The notes under the pieces are model-generated. The model saw nothing but the letters and a program-made list of their open reading frames with translations. It was not told the origin of the DNA and ran no database searches. The position numbers and the translations under genes are program-made. A stretch of DNA of 58,166 nucleotides from Rhizobacter sp. GTDB lineage: Bacteria > Pseudomonadota > Gammaproteobacteria > Burkholderiales > Burkholderiaceae_C. Below are positions 7,615 to 21,266 of the stretch, one piece after another (positions within the stretch are counted from its first letter, which is position 1; each line of letters starts with the position of its first letter). The stretch lies in contig JANXZN010000157.1 in NCBI GenBank assembly GCA_025355545.1, forward strand, positions 1 to 58,166. Reading direction: 5' to 3'.

Positions 7615-8297
7615 ATGAATAGCCAGGATGCGAAGCGCGTCCTCGAGACCGCCCTGATCTGCGCAAGCCAGCCGCTGCCGTTGCGCGACATGCGCGTTCT
7701 GTTCGCCGACGAGATCGGCCCCGACACCTTGCGTTCGCTGCTCGACGAGCTGACGCGCGAATGGGACGGCCGCGGCGTCGAACTGGTCGCGCTCGCGACC
7801 GGCTGGCGCCTGCAGAGTCGCCCCGAGATGCGCGCCTACCTCGACCGGCTGAACCCCGAGAAGCCACCGAAATATTCGCGCGCGGTGATGGAGACGCTGG
7901 CGATCATCGCGTACCGCCAGCCGGTCACGCGCGGCGACATCGAGGACATCCGCGGCGTCACCGTGGCGAGCCAGATCATCAGGCAGCTCGAGGACCGCGG
8001 CTGGGTCGAGGCGATCGGCTACCGCGAATCGCCGGGCCGCCCGGCGCTGCTGGCCACGACAAAGCGGTTCCTCGACGACCTGGGCCTGGCCAGCCTGGAA
8101 CAACTGCCGCTGCTCGCGGGTGCGACTCCTGACGGCGAGCAATTCGCGCACGCACTGCCCGAGCAGGCCTCGCTGCTCGATGCGCCCGCCGACGCCGCCC
8201 CGGCTTCGACCGAAGCGACCACCCGGGCCGCCACCCCATCCACCCCCGATCTCCCCGACGAGCCTGCGGCGGACGCCGCACCCATGGAACCCCAAGC

Positions 8298-8301
<4 letters not shown>
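7615..8301 (+). CDS. scpB: SMC-Scp complex subunit ScpB
   Basis: [52 protein letters not shown]. Confidence 0.95.
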
Positions 8302-10283
<1,982 letters not shown>

Positions 10284-10321
10284 GCGCTGGCCCGGTTCGT
10301 CGTCCCGCAAGACCCGCGCGC

Positions 10322-10327
10322 TACAAT
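10322..10327 (+). promoter_or_regulatory. Candidate -10 box TACAAT for ndk
   Basis: CGCTACAAT about 40 nt upstream of the ndk ATG; AGGAG SD downstream. Confidence 0.55.
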
Positions 10328-10367
10328 CTGAGGCTTTGCCAAGTACTTGGTTTCAGGAGAGAAAAAC

Positions 10368-10793
10368 ATGGCCCTAGAACGCACGCTTTCGATCATCAAA
10401 CCCGATGCCGTCGCGAAGAACGTGATCGGTCAGATCTACGCCCGCTTCGAGGCCGTCGGCCTGAAGATCGTCGCCGCCAAGATGGCGCACCTGTCGCGTG
10501 GCGAGGCCGAGGCCTTCTATGCGGTGCACAAGGCGCGCCCGTTCTTCAAGGACCTGGTCGACTTCATGATCTCCGGCCCGGTGATGATCCAGGCGCTGGA
10601 AGGCGAGGGCGCGATCCTGAAGAACCGCGACCTGATGGGCGCGACCGATCCGAAGAAGGCCGAGAAGGGCACGATACGCGCCGACTTCGCCGCCAGCATC
10701 GACGCCAACGCGGTGCACGGCTCCGACGCCGCCGAGACCGCGACCACCGAGATCGCGTTCTTCTTCCCCGGCATGAACGTTTACAGCCGCTGA
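10368..10793 (+). CDS. ndk: Nucleoside diphosphate kinase
   Basis: [27 protein letters not shown]; AGGAG upstream of ATG 10368. Confidence 0.98.
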   Translation: MALERTLSIIKPDAVAKNVIGQIYARFEAVGLKIVAAKMAHLSRGEAEAFYAVHKARPFFKDLVDFMISGPVMIQALEGEGAILKNRDLMGATDPKKAEKGTIRADFAASIDANAVHGSDAAETATTEIAFFFPGMNVYSR

Positions 10794-10827
10794 AGACTCG
10801 AAGCGCCTCGCCCGCCGAGGCTCCAAC

Positions 10828-12027
10828 ATGACCGTGGCCAACCTGCTCGAACTCGATCGCGACGCGCTGGCTGTTTTTTGCGAGCAGCTCGGCGAGAAGC
10901 GCTTTCGCGCAACCCAGCTGTTCCGCTGGATCCACCAGAAGGGCGCGGCCGACTTCACGCAGATGTCTGATCTGGCGAAGTCGCTGCGCGACAAGCTCGC
11001 CGGGCGGGCGACGATCAGCGCGATGCCGCTGATCAGCGAGCAGGCATCGAGCGACGGCACGATCAAGTGGCTGTTCGATGTCGGCGCCGGCAACGCGGTC
11101 GAGACCGTGTTTATTCCCGAAGACGACCGCGGCACCCTGTGCATCTCGTCGCAGGCCGGTTGCGCGGTCGGCTGCCGGTTCTGCTCGACCGGCCACCAGG
11201 GCTTCAGCCGTAACCTGACGACCGGCGAGATCATCGCCCAGCTCTGGTTTGCCGAACATCATCTGCGCCGGCGCCTGAACCTGCCCGACAACCAGCGCGA
11301 AGGCGCTGGCGCTGACAAGCGCGTCATCACCAACGTCGTGATGATGGGCATGGGCGAGCCGCTACAGAACTACGCGGCGCTGGTGCCGGCGCTGCGCATG
11401 ATGCTCGACGACCACGGCTACGGCCTGTCGCGCCGCCGGGTGACGGTGTCGACCTCCGGCGTGGTGCCGATGATCGCGCGGCTGCGCGACGATTGCCCGG
11501 TGGCGCTGGCGGTCTCGCTGCACGCGCCCGACGACGCGCTGCGCGACGACCTGGTGCCGCTGAATCGCAAGTACCCGCTGGCCGAACTGCTCGCGACCTG
11601 CAAGCACTACCTGACGAAGGCGCCGCGCGACTTCATCACCTTCGAGTACTGCATGCTGGCCGGCGTCAACGACAGCGACGCGCAGGCGCGCGAGTTGCTC
11701 GCGCTCGTCGCGGCCTCGGGCGTGTCGTGCAAGTTCAACCTGATCCCGTTCAATCCGTTCCCCGAATCCGGCCTGAAGCGCTCGCTGAACGAGCGTGTCA
11801 CGTCGTTCCTGCGTGTGCTGCAGGACGGCGGCGTCGTCGCCACCGTGCGCAAGACCCGCGGCGACGATATCGACGCCGCCTGCGGCCAGCTCGCCGGTGA
11901 AGTCCAGGACCGGACCAATGCCAAGGCCCGCATGACGCGGGCACCGGTGCAGGTGCACCGCAGCGGGTCGGCGGTGGCCGAGGCGATCAAGGCCGGGCGC
12001 GCCGGTCGACAGGAGACTGCGCAATGA
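10828..12027 (+). CDS. rlmN: Dual-specificity rRNA/tRNA methyltransferase RlmN (radical SAM)
   Basis: [37 protein letters not shown]. Confidence 0.97.
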   Translation: MTVANLLELDRDALAVFCEQLGEKRFRATQLFRWIHQKGAADFTQMSDLAKSLRDKLAGRATISAMPLISEQASSDGTIKWLFDVGAGNAVETVFIPEDDRGTLCISSQAGCAVGCRFCSTGHQGFSRNLTTGEIIAQLWFAEHHLRRRLNLPDNQREGAGADKRVITNVVMMGMGEPLQNYAALVPALRMMLDDHGYGLSRRRVTVSTSGVVPMIARLRDDCPVALAVSLHAPDDALRDDLVPLNRKYPLAELLATCKHYLTKAPRDFITFEYCMLAGVNDSDAQARELLALVAASGVSCKFNLIPFNPFPESGLKRSLNERVTSFLRVLQDGGVVATVRKTRGDDIDAACGQLAGEVQDRTNAKARMTRAPVQVHRSGSAVAEAIKAGRAGRQETAQ

Positions 12028-12848
12028 CGATGTTGTCGATGCCGGGCCGCAAGCGGCGCTGGCTGCCCGCGCTGCTGCTGATCGCCGCGCTGGCGGCTTG
12101 CGCGACCCGGACCACGGTGACCGAGTCGGTCGGCGACGGCAAGGACATCGTGACCGCCTCCGACGAATCCGACGCGGGCAAGCGCGCGCGACTGCGCATG
12201 GAACTGGCCAGCGGCTACTTCGGCCGCGGCCAGATGACGACCGCGCTGGACCAGGTCAAACTCGCGCTGCAGGCCGATCCGGCGCTGGGCGAGGCCTACA
12301 ACCTGCGTGGCCTGATCTACGCCAACCTGGGCGACGACAAGCTCGCCGAAGACAGCTTCCGGCGCGCGCTGCAGCTGAATCCTCGCGACGCCGACACGAT
12401 GCAGAACTTCGGCTACTACCTGTGCCAGAAGAAGCGCTACCCAGAGGCGAGCGCGCTGTTCGACCAGGCGCTCACGCTGCCGCAGTACCGCGACCGGTCG
12501 CGCACCTTGTTGACCAAGGGCGTGTGCGAGGCCTTCGCCGGGCAGCTGCCCGAGTCGGAGGCGACGCTGCTGCGCGCCTACCAACTCGATCCGGCGAACC
12601 CGTCGATCTCGGTGAACCTGTCCGAGGTGCTGTACCGGCGCGGCGACTACGAGCGTGCGCGCTTCTACATCCGCCGCGTCAATGCGGTGCAGCAATTCAC
12701 CGGCGCGCAGACGCTGTGGCTCGCGGCGCGCGTCGAGCATCGCCTGGGCAACGTGTCGGGCGCGCAGGAGCTCGGCGATCAGCTGCGCCACCGCTTTCCC
12801 GACTCGCGCGAAGCGGGGTCGTTCGAGCGAGGTCAGTTCGATGAGTGA
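12024..12848 (+). CDS. pilW: Type IV pilus biogenesis/stability TPR lipoprotein PilW (PilF)
   Basis: Lipobox [18 protein letters not shown] repeats, NFGYYLC; position between rlmN and rodZ. Confidence 0.9.
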   Translation: MTMLSMPGRKRRWLPALLLIAALAACATRTTVTESVGDGKDIVTASDESDAGKRARLRMELASGYFGRGQMTTALDQVKLALQADPALGEAYNLRGLIYANLGDDKLAEDSFRRALQLNPRDADTMQNFGYYLCQKKRYPEASALFDQALTLPQYRDRSRTLLTKGVCEAFAGQLPESEATLLRAYQLDPANPSISVNLSEVLYRRGDYERARFYIRRVNAVQQFTGAQTLWLAARVEHRLGNVSGAQELGDQLRHRFPDSREAGSFERGQFDE

Positions 12849-13725
12849 ATCGCCTGCGCCGGCCGCCGCGACGCCCGCCCGCGCGACCACCGCGGGTGGT
12901 CTGCTGCGCCAGGCGCGCCAGGCGCAGGGCCTGCACATCGCCGCACTCGCCGCGGCGATCAAGGTCGTGCCGCGCAAGCTCGAGCTGCTGGAGACCGACC
13001 AATTCGATCAATTGCCCGACGCCACCTTCACGCGCGCGCTCGCGCAGACCATCTGCCGCACGCTGAAGATCGACGCGGCACCGATCCTGGCGCTGTTGCC
13101 GCCGCTGAAGGGGCACCGGCTCGAGCAGGTCGCCGAGGGCCTGAACACGCCGTTCCGCGAACGTCCCGGGAACATGGCGCCAAAGGAGTGGGCGAATGCC
13201 GGGAACCCGGCGCTTTGGATCGTCGCCGTGATCGCGCTGCTGACGCTCGCGGTGTATGCGGTGCCGGCGAGCTGGCTGCCGTTCTCGAACGCGGCGGTGA
13301 CGCGCGTGCGCCCGCCCGAACCTGCGGCCACGCCCGCCGCGCTGCCGACCCCGGCGACGGCGTTGCAGGTGGCAGCGTCGGCGCCCCTGAGCGCGCCGGC
13401 GCCGGCGGAGGTGGCGGCGTCCGGCGCGCCTGCGGCCGACTTGCCGGCTGCGATGGCCGAGCCCGATGCGGTCACCGCCGCAGCGGCCTCGGGGGTGCTG
13501 CAGTTCAGCGCCTCCGCGCAGTCGTGGGTCGAGGTCATCGATGCGCGCGGCCAGTCACTGATCGCGCGGGTGCTCGAGCCCGGCGAAATCGTCGGCCTCG
13601 ACGGCGTGATGCCGCTGAAGGTCAGAATCGGCAATGCCGCCGGCACTCAGCTCGTGTTCCGCGGCCAGCCGCTGGCCCTGGCCGCCTACACGCGCGACAA
13701 CGTGGCGCGGCTCGAACTGAAGTAG
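12841..13725 (+). CDS. rodZ: RodZ-like cytoskeleton protein (HTH, TM helix, DUF4115)
   Basis: [17 protein letters not shown] segment, Ala/Pro linker, [15 protein letters not shown]-domain; ATG 12841. Confidence 0.88.
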   Translation: MSESPAPAAATPARATTAGGLLRQARQAQGLHIAALAAAIKVVPRKLELLETDQFDQLPDATFTRALAQTICRTLKIDAAPILALLPPLKGHRLEQVAEGLNTPFRERPGNMAPKEWANAGNPALWIVAVIALLTLAVYAVPASWLPFSNAAVTRVRPPEPAATPAALPTPATALQVAASAPLSAPAPAEVAASGAPAADLPAAMAEPDAVTAAAASGVLQFSASAQSWVEVIDARGQSLIARVLEPGEIVGLDGVMPLKVRIGNAAGTQLVFRGQPLALAAYTRDNVARLELK

Positions 13726-13744
13726 CAATGCAAGGCCTGACACC

Positions 13745-15052
13745 ATGAGCGACACGAACCCGGCGTTCCCCGCCCTCGACGACTACATCGAACCCGCCGT
13801 GCCGGCCGCGCGCCGCACGCGCCAGGCAAGGGTGACGTGGGGCTCGCGCGTGGTCACGGTCGGCGGCGGCGCGCCGGTGCGCGTGCAGGCGATGACCAAC
13901 ACCGACACGGTCGACGCGATCGGCACCGCGATCCAGGTCAAGGAACTGGCGGCCGCGGGTTCGGAGCTGGTGCGCATCACCGTCAACACGCCCGAGGCGG
14001 CCGCGGCCGTGCCCCACATCCGCGAACAGCTCGACCGCATGGGTGTCGACGTGCCGCTGATCGGCGACTTCCATTACAACGGCCATCGCCTGCTGACCGA
14101 ACATCCGGCGTGTGCCGAGGCCTTGAGCAAGTACCGCATCAATCCCGGCAACGTCGGCAAGGGCGACAAGCACGACCGCCAGTTTGCGCAGATGGTCGAG
14201 GCGGCCGCGAAGTACGACAAGGCGGTGCGCATCGGCGTCAACTGGGGCAGCCTCGACCAGGAGCTGCTGACCGGGATGATGGACGCGAACGCCAGGCTCG
14301 CCGAGCCGTTCGAGCCGCAGCAGATCATGTACCGCGCGATCCTCACGTCGGCGATCCAGTCGGCGCGGCGCGCCGAATCGCTCGGGCTGCGCGGCGACCA
14401 GATCATCCTGTCGTGCAAGATGTCGGGCGTGCAGGATCTGATCAGCGTCTACCGGGCGCTCAGCCAACGCTGCGACTACGCGCTGCACCTCGGCCTGACC
14501 GAAGCCGGCATGGGCACCAAGGGCACGGTCGCGTCGACCGCGGCGCTCAGCGTGCTGCTGCAGGAGGGCATCGGCGACACGATCCGCGTCTCGCTGACGC
14601 CGCAGCCGGGCGAGGCGCGCACGCAGGAGGTCGTCATCGCGCTCGAGATTCTGCAGGCGCTCGGCCTGCGCCAGTTCAACCCCAGCGTCACGGCCTGCCC
14701 GGGTTGCGGCCGCACGACCAGCACCACGTTTCAAGTGCTCGCGAAGCAGATCGACGACTTCCTGCGCGCGCAGATGCCGGTCTGGAAGTCGAAGTACCCC
14801 GGCGTCGAGACCATGCGCGTCGCGGTGATGGGCTGCATCGTCAATGGCCCGGGCGAGAGCAAGCATGCCGACATCGGCATCAGCCTGCCCGGCAACGGCG
14901 AGGCGCCGGCCGCGCCGGTGTTCATCGACGGCGAGAAGGCGCTCACCTTGCGCGGCGACAACATCGCCGCCGAGTTCCATGCGCTGGTTGAGCGCTACAT
15001 CGACAAGCGCTTCGGCGGCGCGACGGCCGAGCATCCGACCGCGCAGGTTTGA
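13745..15052 (+). CDS. ispG: HMB-PP synthase IspG (GcpE)
   Basis: [58 protein letters not shown]. Confidence 0.97.
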   Translation: MSDTNPAFPALDDYIEPAVPAARRTRQARVTWGSRVVTVGGGAPVRVQAMTNTDTVDAIGTAIQVKELAAAGSELVRITVNTPEAAAAVPHIREQLDRMGVDVPLIGDFHYNGHRLLTEHPACAEALSKYRINPGNVGKGDKHDRQFAQMVEAAAKYDKAVRIGVNWGSLDQELLTGMMDANARLAEPFEPQQIMYRAILTSAIQSARRAESLGLRGDQIILSCKMSGVQDLISVYRALSQRCDYALHLGLTEAGMGTKGTVASTAALSVLLQEGIGDTIRVSLTPQPGEARTQEVVIALEILQALGLRQFNPSVTACPGCGRTTSTTFQVLAKQIDDFLRAQMPVWKSKYPGVETMRVAVMGCIVNGPGESKHADIGISLPGNGEAPAAPVFIDGEKALTLRGDNIAAEFHALVERYIDKRFGGATAEHPTAQV

Positions 15053-15116
15053 CCCTGCGCGACGCTTCGGCGCTGCCGCTCACGGCAGCGATGGCCTGAT
15101 TCGACCTCGACAGATC

Positions 15117-16433
15117 ATGACTGAAACGACCAAGAGCAAACGACCCGAGCCGCTGCAGGCGGTGAAGGGCATGAACGACATCCTGCCGCCCGAATCGGCG
15201 CGCTGGGAATGGTTCGAGGCCAAGGTGCGTGCGCTGATGGCGCGCTATGCCTACGCGAACCTGCGCACGCCGATCGTCGAGCCCACCGCGCTGTTCGTGC
15301 GCGGCATCGGCGAGGTCACCGACATCGTCGAGAAGGAGATGTACTCCTTCGTGGATGCGATGAACGGCGACAAGCTCACGCTGCGCCCCGAGCACACCGC
15401 CGGCATCGTGCGCGCGATGGTCGAGCACAACGCGCTGTACAACGGCCCGATACGCATCTGGGCGACCGGCGCGGTGTTTCGCCACGAACGGCCGCAGAAG
15501 GGGCGCTACCGGCAGTTCCACCAGATCGATGTGGAAGCGCTGGGCTTCGCCGGCCCGGATGTCGATGCCGAGCAGATCCTGATGTGTCGCGCGCTGTGGC
15601 GCGATCTCGGGCTGGGCGACAGCGATGTGCGGCTCGAACTCAACAGCCTGGGTCAGCCGTCCGAACGCATGGCGCACCGCGCCGCGCTGATCGCGCACTT
15701 CGAGGCGCACGCCGAGGTGCTCGACGACGAGGCGAAGCGCCGGCTGCACAGCAACCCGCTGCGCATCCTCGACGCCAAAAATCCGGCGATGCAGGCCGTC
15801 GTCGAGGCCGCGCCGCAGCTGATGGACTTCCTCGGCGAGGCCTCGCTCGCGCACCTGAACTCGGTGCGCGCAGTGCTCGACGCGGCCGGCCTGCCCTACC
15901 GCATCAACCCGCGCCTGGTGCGCGGCATGGACTACTACAACCTCACGGTGTTCGAGTGGGTCACCGACAAGCTCGGCTCGCAAGGCACGGTCTGTGGCGG
16001 CGGGCGCTACGACGGCCTGTTCGAGCAGCTCGGCGGCAAGCCGACGCCCGCGGTCGGCTGGGGCATGGGCGTCGAACGCATGCTGCTGTTGCTGGAGGCG
16101 GTCGGCGTGCTGCCGCCGACCAATGCGTCCGATGTGTACGCGATCGTGCCGTCCGCCGAGGCGATGACCACCGCAATGACTACTTGCGAAGCGCTGCGCG
16201 CCGCCGGCGTCAACGTGCAGATGCACGCGGCCGGGGCCGATTCGTGGGGCGGCATGAAGGGCCAGTTCAAGCGCGCCGACGCGAGCGGCGCGCGCTTCGC
16301 GCTGGTCTTCGGCGCCGATGAACTCGCGCGCGGCGAAGTTGCTCTTAAGTCGCTGCGCGACGCCGACGCGCAGCAGCGCGCCGTCAAGCTCGCCGAGGTC
16401 GCCGTCTGGGCCGCCGAACTTCGCAACGCATAA
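15117..16433 (+). CDS. hisS: Histidine--tRNA ligase
   Basis: [53 protein letters not shown]. Confidence 0.97.
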   Translation: MTETTKSKRPEPLQAVKGMNDILPPESARWEWFEAKVRALMARYAYANLRTPIVEPTALFVRGIGEVTDIVEKEMYSFVDAMNGDKLTLRPEHTAGIVRAMVEHNALYNGPIRIWATGAVFRHERPQKGRYRQFHQIDVEALGFAGPDVDAEQILMCRALWRDLGLGDSDVRLELNSLGQPSERMAHRAALIAHFEAHAEVLDDEAKRRLHSNPLRILDAKNPAMQAVVEAAPQLMDFLGEASLAHLNSVRAVLDAAGLPYRINPRLVRGMDYYNLTVFEWVTDKLGSQGTVCGGGRYDGLFEQLGGKPTPAVGWGMGVERMLLLLEAVGVLPPTNASDVYAIVPSAEAMTTAMTTCEALRAAGVNVQMHAAGADSWGGMKGQFKRADASGARFALVFGADELARGEVALKSLRDADAQQRAVKLAEVAVWAAELRNA

Positions 16434-16461
16434 TCCCGCCTTCACTGGAAACATCCCGTCC

Positions 16462-17136
16462 ATGGCCACCCATCTCGACCTCGAAGAACAAGAACAGCTC
16501 GACCAGTTGAAGGCATTCTGGAAGCGCTACGGCAACCTGATCACCTGGCTGATGATCGCGGTGCTCGCCGCCTACGCCGGCTGGAACGGCTGGAACTGGT
16601 GGCAGCGCGACCAGGCCGAGAAGTCCGGCGCGATGTTCGATCAGCTCGACAAGGCCGCGCAGGCGGGCGACGCCGAGCAGGCCGGCCGCGTCTTCGCCGA
16701 CATGAAGGCGCGCTACCCGCGCACCGCCTTTACCGAACAGGGCGGCCTGATGACGGCCAAGGTGCAGCTCGACAAGGGCCAGCTCGATGTCGCGCTGGCA
16801 ACGCTCGCGTGGGTCGGCGCGAACGCCGCCGAGACCGAGTACCAGACGATCGCGAAGCTGCGCGCGGCCGGCGTCCTGCTCGACCAGAAGAAGTACGACG
16901 ACGCGCTGAAGCAGCTCGACGGCGCGAGCGCACCCGACTTCGCCGCGCTGGTCGACGATCGCCGCGGCGACGTGCTGCTCGCGCAGGGCAAGAAGGACGA
17001 GGCCAAGGCGGCGTTCGCGAAGGCCTGGCAGGCGATGGATGCGAACGTCGGCTACCGCCGCCTGATCGACGCGAAGCTAACCGCGCTGGGTGCGGCGCCG
17101 GTCGACAGCGCGAAAGTCGCCGAGGGCACGAAATGA
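16462..17136 (+). CDS. yfgM: YfgM-family TPR membrane protein
   Basis: DLEEQEQLDQLKAFWKRYG, one TM helix, TPR-like helices; between hisS and bamB. Confidence 0.9.
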   Translation: MATHLDLEEQEQLDQLKAFWKRYGNLITWLMIAVLAAYAGWNGWNWWQRDQAEKSGAMFDQLDKAAQAGDAEQAGRVFADMKARYPRTAFTEQGGLMTAKVQLDKGQLDVALATLAWVGANAAETEYQTIAKLRAAGVLLDQKKYDDALKQLDGASAPDFAALVDDRRGDVLLAQGKKDEAKAAFAKAWQAMDANVGYRRLIDAKLTALGAAPVDSAKVAEGTK

Positions 17137-18269
17137 CGGCGGGTCGCGTGGTGGCGCGCACGTCGAATCGCTGGCTCGCGGCGCTGATCGGCGCCGCGCT
17201 CCTCGCCGGCTGCGCGAGCGGCGGCAAGCCCAAGCCGGAGCCGCTGCAGCCGCTCACCCCGAAGATGAGCGCCAGCGTCGCCTGGAACCAGCGCCTGGAC
17301 AGCGTGAAGTTTCCGCTCGCGGTAGCGGTGACGCGCGGCCAGTTCACGGTCGCCGGCGACGACGGCACTGTGCTCGCACTCGACGCCGAGACCGGCCGCG
17401 AGGTCTGGCGCGGCCAAGCCGGTGCCAAGCTCAGCGCCGGCGTCGGCAGCGACGGCCGCTTCGCTGCCGTCGTGACGCGCGAGAGCGAGCTGGTGGTGTT
17501 CGAGCAAGGTCAGGTCAAGTGGCGCAAGGCCATGGGTGGCCGCGTCACGACCGCGCCGCTGGTGGCTGGCGAGCGCGTGTTCGTGCTCGGCGTCGATCGC
17601 TCGGTGCAGGCCTTCGACGCGCTCGACGGACGCAAGCTCTGGGCCCTGCAGCGCCCGGGCGATCCGCTGACCCTGGCGCAGTCGGGCGTGCTCGCCGCGT
17701 TCAAGGACACGCTTGTCGTCGGCCAGGGCCCGCACATGGTCGGTGTCGACCCGTTGCAAGGCACGGTGCGCTGGGACGTCGCGGTGGGCTCGCCGCGCGG
17801 CGCGAACGAGATCGAGCGCCTGGCCGACCTGGTCGGGCCCGCGCTGCGCGTCGGCGAGCTGCTCTGCGCGCGTTCGTTCCAGGCCGCGGTCGGTTGCATC
17901 AATGCCCAGAGCGGCAGCAGCATCTGGAGCAAGAACATCGGTGGCATCGACGCGGTCGGCGGCGACGCGCAGTTCGTCTTCGCCGGCGACGCGTCGGACC
18001 GCATCAGCGCCTGGAAGACCGCCAGCGGCGATGTCGCCTGGACCAGCGACAAGCTGCGGTACCGCGGCCTGAGCGCGCCGCTGAGCATCGGCAAGACGGT
18101 GGCGTTCGGCGACGAGGACGGCACGGTCCACTGGTTCGCGCGCGACACCGGCGAGGCGCAACTGCGCCTGCCCACCGACGGCAGCGCGATCGTCGCGCCG
18201 CCGGTCGCGTCGGGCTCGACGATGCTGGTGGTCACGCGCAAGGGCAGGCTGTTCGCCTTCCGCCTCTGA
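17133..18269 (+). CDS. bamB: Outer membrane protein assembly factor BamB
   Basis: Lipobox LAGC, PQQ-type beta-propeller repeats, [13 protein letters not shown]; ATGA overlap with yfgM. Confidence 0.93.
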   Translation: MTAGRVVARTSNRWLAALIGAALLAGCASGGKPKPEPLQPLTPKMSASVAWNQRLDSVKFPLAVAVTRGQFTVAGDDGTVLALDAETGREVWRGQAGAKLSAGVGSDGRFAAVVTRESELVVFEQGQVKWRKAMGGRVTTAPLVAGERVFVLGVDRSVQAFDALDGRKLWALQRPGDPLTLAQSGVLAAFKDTLVVGQGPHMVGVDPLQGTVRWDVAVGSPRGANEIERLADLVGPALRVGELLCARSFQAAVGCINAQSGSSIWSKNIGGIDAVGGDAQFVFAGDASDRISAWKTASGDVAWTSDKLRYRGLSAPLSIGKTVAFGDEDGTVHWFARDTGEAQLRLPTDGSAIVAPPVASGSTMLVVTRKGRLFAFRL

Positions 18270-18291
18270 ACGCGCAGGATTTCGGGGCGCC

Positions 18292-19626
18292 ATGAAACCG
18301 GTGATCGCCGTCGTCGGCCGCCCCAACGTCGGCAAGTCGACGCTGTTCAACCGGATGACGAAGAGCCGCGACGCGATCGTCGCCGACTTCGCCGGCCTGA
18401 CGCGCGACCGGCACTACGGCGACGGCCGCAGCGGCGAGCACGAGTTCATCGTCGTCGACACCGGGGGCTTCGAGCCCGACAGCCCCACCGGCATCGTCAA
18501 GGAGATGGCCAAGCAGACGCGCCAGGCCGTCGCCGAGGCCGACGCGGTGATCTTCGTCGTTGACGTGCGCTCGGGCGTCGCGGGGCAGGACTTTGATATC
18601 GCGCGCTACCTGCGCACGGTCGGCAAGAAAGTGATCCTGGCGGTCAACAAGGCCGAGGGCATGCAGGAGTCGCCGTTGCTGGCCGAGTTCTTCGAGCTGG
18701 GTCTCGGCGACCCGCACCCGATTTCGGCGGCGCACGGGCAGGGCATCCGCAGCCTGACCGAGGCGGCTCTCGCGCACTTCGAGTTCGACGAGGAGGAAGA
18801 GGCCACGCCCGAGGACGGCGGTCCGATCCGCCTGGCCGTCGCCGGCCGACCGAACGTCGGCAAGTCCACGCTGATCAACACCTGGCTCGGCGAGGAACGC
18901 CTGGTCGCGTTCGACCAGCCGGGCACGACGCGCGACGCGACTACGGTGCCGTTCGAGCGCGGCGGCCAGAAGTTCGAGTTGATCGACACCGCCGGTCTGC
19001 GCCGCAAGGGCAAGGTGTTCGAGGCGATCGAGAAGTTCTCGGTGGTGAAGACGCTGCAGGCGATCGCCGACGCGAACGTGGTGCTGCTGCTGCTCGACGC
19101 GACCCAGGGCGTGACCGACCAGGACGCGCATATCGCCGGCTACATCCTGGAAAGCGGCCGCGCGGTGGTGATCGCGATCAACAAGTGGGACGCGGTCGAC
19201 GACTACCAGAAGCAGACGCTGCAGCGCTCGATCGAGCAGCGCCTGGCATTCCTGAAGTTCGCTGCGGTGTTGCACATCTCGGCGATCAAGCGCCAGGGGC
19301 TTGGCCCGGTCTGGAAGGCGATCGGCGATGCGCACGCGTCGGCGGTCAAGAAGATGCCCACGCCGGTGCTGACGCGGCTGCTGCAGGAGGCGGTCGAGCA
19401 CCAGGCGCCGAAGCGCGCCGGCGCGTTCCGCCCGAAGCTGCGCTACGCGCACCAGGGCGGCATGAACCCGCCGCTGATCGTGATCCACGGCAACTCGCTG
19501 GACCACATCACCGATTCGTACAAGCGCTTCCTCGAGGGGCGCTTCCGCGAACATTTCAAGCTGACCGGCACGCCGATGCGCATCGAGATGCGCTCGTCGA
19601 AGAACCCGTTCGACAACAAGGACTGA
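18292..19626 (+). CDS. der: Ribosome biogenesis GTPase Der (EngA)
   Basis: Two [11 protein letters not shown]-domains, DTGG/DTAG, NKAE/NKWD, C-terminal KH-like domain. Confidence 0.98.
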   Translation: MKPVIAVVGRPNVGKSTLFNRMTKSRDAIVADFAGLTRDRHYGDGRSGEHEFIVVDTGGFEPDSPTGIVKEMAKQTRQAVAEADAVIFVVDVRSGVAGQDFDIARYLRTVGKKVILAVNKAEGMQESPLLAEFFELGLGDPHPISAAHGQGIRSLTEAALAHFEFDEEEEATPEDGGPIRLAVAGRPNVGKSTLINTWLGEERLVAFDQPGTTRDATTVPFERGGQKFELIDTAGLRRKGKVFEAIEKFSVVKTLQAIADANVVLLLLDATQGVTDQDAHIAGYILESGRAVVIAINKWDAVDDYQKQTLQRSIEQRLAFLKFAAVLHISAIKRQGLGPVWKAIGDAHASAVKKMPTPVLTRLLQEAVEHQAPKRAGAFRPKLRYAHQGGMNPPLIVIHGNSLDHITDSYKRFLEGRFREHFKLTGTPMRIEMRSSKNPFDNKD

Positions 19627-19657
19627 GAGCCGGGGCCGGCCCAAGCGCAAAGCCCCC
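19624..19657 (+). repeat. Possible degenerate or truncated copy D of the GCCGGGCCGCC repeat
   Basis: TGAGAGCCGGGGCCGGCCCAAGCGCAAAGCCCCC directly after the der stop resembles the head of copy C (GAGCGCCGGGCCGCCCCAAGC). Confidence 0.4.
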
Positions 19658-19726
19658 AAACTTGCTGCGCCGCGTCATCGCTGTGTTAACGTGCCCGCTT
19701 GTCGAACTTTCATCACGGAGAATATC

Positions 19727-19972
19727 GTGAGCAACAAAGGGCAACTCCTACAAGACCCCTTCCTGAACCTGCTGCGCAAGGAGCATGTTCCGGTTTCGAT
19801 CTACCTCGTCAACGGGATCAAATTGCAGGGCCACATCGAGTCTTTCGATCAGTACGTGGTGCTCCTGCGCAATACCGTGACGCAGATGGTCTACAAGCAC
19901 GCCATCTCGACGGTCGTGCCCGGTCGCGCGGTGAACTTCCACGCCGCCGAACCGACCGATCCGGCCGCCTGA
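19727..19972 (+). CDS. hfq: RNA chaperone Hfq
   Basis: [37 protein letters not shown]; GTG start after GGAG. Confidence 0.98.
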   Translation: MSNKGQLLQDPFLNLLRKEHVPVSIYLVNGIKLQGHIESFDQYVVLLRNTVTQMVYKHAISTVVPGRAVNFHAAEPTDPAA

Positions 19973-19997
19973 TCGCGATACCCGCCAGCCGCTCCCC

Positions 19998-21266
19998 TTG
20001 AGCTCCACGGATTCGACCGCCCCGAACGGGTTGCACGAGCCCGCCCGGGCGATCCTGGTGGGGGTCGACTTCGGCCGCGGCAAGGCCTTCGACGACACGC
20101 TCGACGAGCTCGCGCTGCTGGCAGAATCGGCCGGCGACATTGCCGTGGCGCGCGTGATCGCGCGCCGCAAGGCACCCGACGCGGCGCTGTTCGTCGGCTC
20201 GGGCAAGGCCGACGAGATCAAGGCCCTGGTGCTGGGCCTCCAGGCCGAGGCGGTGCTGTTCGACCAGGCGCTGTCGCCGGCGCAGCAGCGCAATCTCGAG
20301 AAGCACCTGGGCGTGGCGGTGGCCGACCGGACGATGCTGATCCTGGAAATCTTCGGCGAACGCGCGCAAAGCCACGAGGGCAAGCTGCAGGTCGAACTCG
20401 CGCGGCTGCAGTACCTTTCAACGCGACTGGTGCGGCGCTGGAGCCACCTGGAGCGTCAGAGCGGCGGCATCGGCATGCGCGGCGGCCCGGGCGAGGCGCA
20501 GATCGAACTCGACCGCCGCATGATCGGCGAGCGCATCAAGGGTGTGAAGAAGCAACTCGATCGCGTCAAGAAGCAGCGCAGCACCCAACGCCGCGCGCGA
20601 GAGCGCAACCAGACCTTCCGCATCTCGCTGGTCGGCTACACCAACGCCGGCAAGTCGACGCTGTTCAACACCCTCGTCAACGCGAAGGCCTATGTCGCCG
20701 ACCAGCTGTTCGCCACGCTCGACACGACCACACGCCAGCTCCACCTCGAGGGCGTGGTCCGCTCGGTGTCGCTGTCGGACACGGTCGGCTTCATCCGCGA
20801 CCTGCCGCACAAGCTGATCGAGGCATTCGAGGCCACCTTGCAGGAGGCCAACGACGCCGACCTGCTGCTGCACGTCGTCGATTGCGCCAGCCCGGTGCTG
20901 GCCGAGCAGATGGCCGAGGTGCAGCGCGTGCTGACCGAGATCGGCGCCGACGCGATCCCGCAGGTGCTGGTGTTCAACAAGCTCGACCGGCTCGAAGCGA
21001 CGCAGCGGCCGCGCGAACTGCGCGACCTGCTCGAAGTCGACACCGGCCTGCGCGTGCCACGCGTCTTCATCAGCGCCGCAACCGGCGAAGGTATGCCGGA
21101 GCTGCGCCAGATCCTTGGCGAAGCCGTCGCCGGCACGCTCGAAGGCTTCTTGAACCGGCGCGACGCGGCCCCAGATGACATTCGCGATCTACGCGTCGAC
21201 GCCGATGACGGCGACGATGACCCGAACGCCGCCGCGCCCTCGGCAATCCATCACTCCCTCGCATGA
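19998..21266 (+). CDS. hflX: Ribosome-splitting GTPase HflX
   Basis: GPGEAQIELDRR, GYTNAGKSTLFN, LFATLD, DTVGFI, NKLD; TTG start approximate. Confidence 0.96.
   Translation: MSSTDSTAPNGLHEPARAILVGVDFGRGKAFDDTLDELALLAESAGDIAVARVIARRKAPDAALFVGSGKADEIKALVLGLQAEAVLFDQALSPAQQRNLEKHLGVAVADRTMLILEIFGERAQSHEGKLQVELARLQYLSTRLVRRWSHLERQSGGIGMRGGPGEAQIELDRRMIGERIKGVKKQLDRVKKQRSTQRRARERNQTFRISLVGYTNAGKSTLFNTLVNAKAYVADQLFATLDTTTRQLHLEGVVRSVSLSDTVGFIRDLPHKLIEAFEATLQEANDADLLLHVVDCASPVLAEQMAEVQRVLTEIGADAIPQVLVFNKLDRLEATQRPRELRDLLEVDTGLRVPRVFISAATGEGMPELRQILGEAVAGTLEGFLNRRDAAPDDIRDLRVDADDGDDDPNAAAPSAIHHSLA

Noticed and set aside
7317-7622. 101-aa ORF filling the rluD-scpB gap
   Set aside because: TTG start lies upstream of the likely -10 box, composition is shadow-like, and no family is recognised; a structured RNA explains the region better
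15071-15090. Perfect hairpin CGCTGCCG-CTCA-CGGCAGCG between ispG and hisS
   Set aside because: Single copy, no U-tract, unrelated to the repeat family; at most a stability or processing stem
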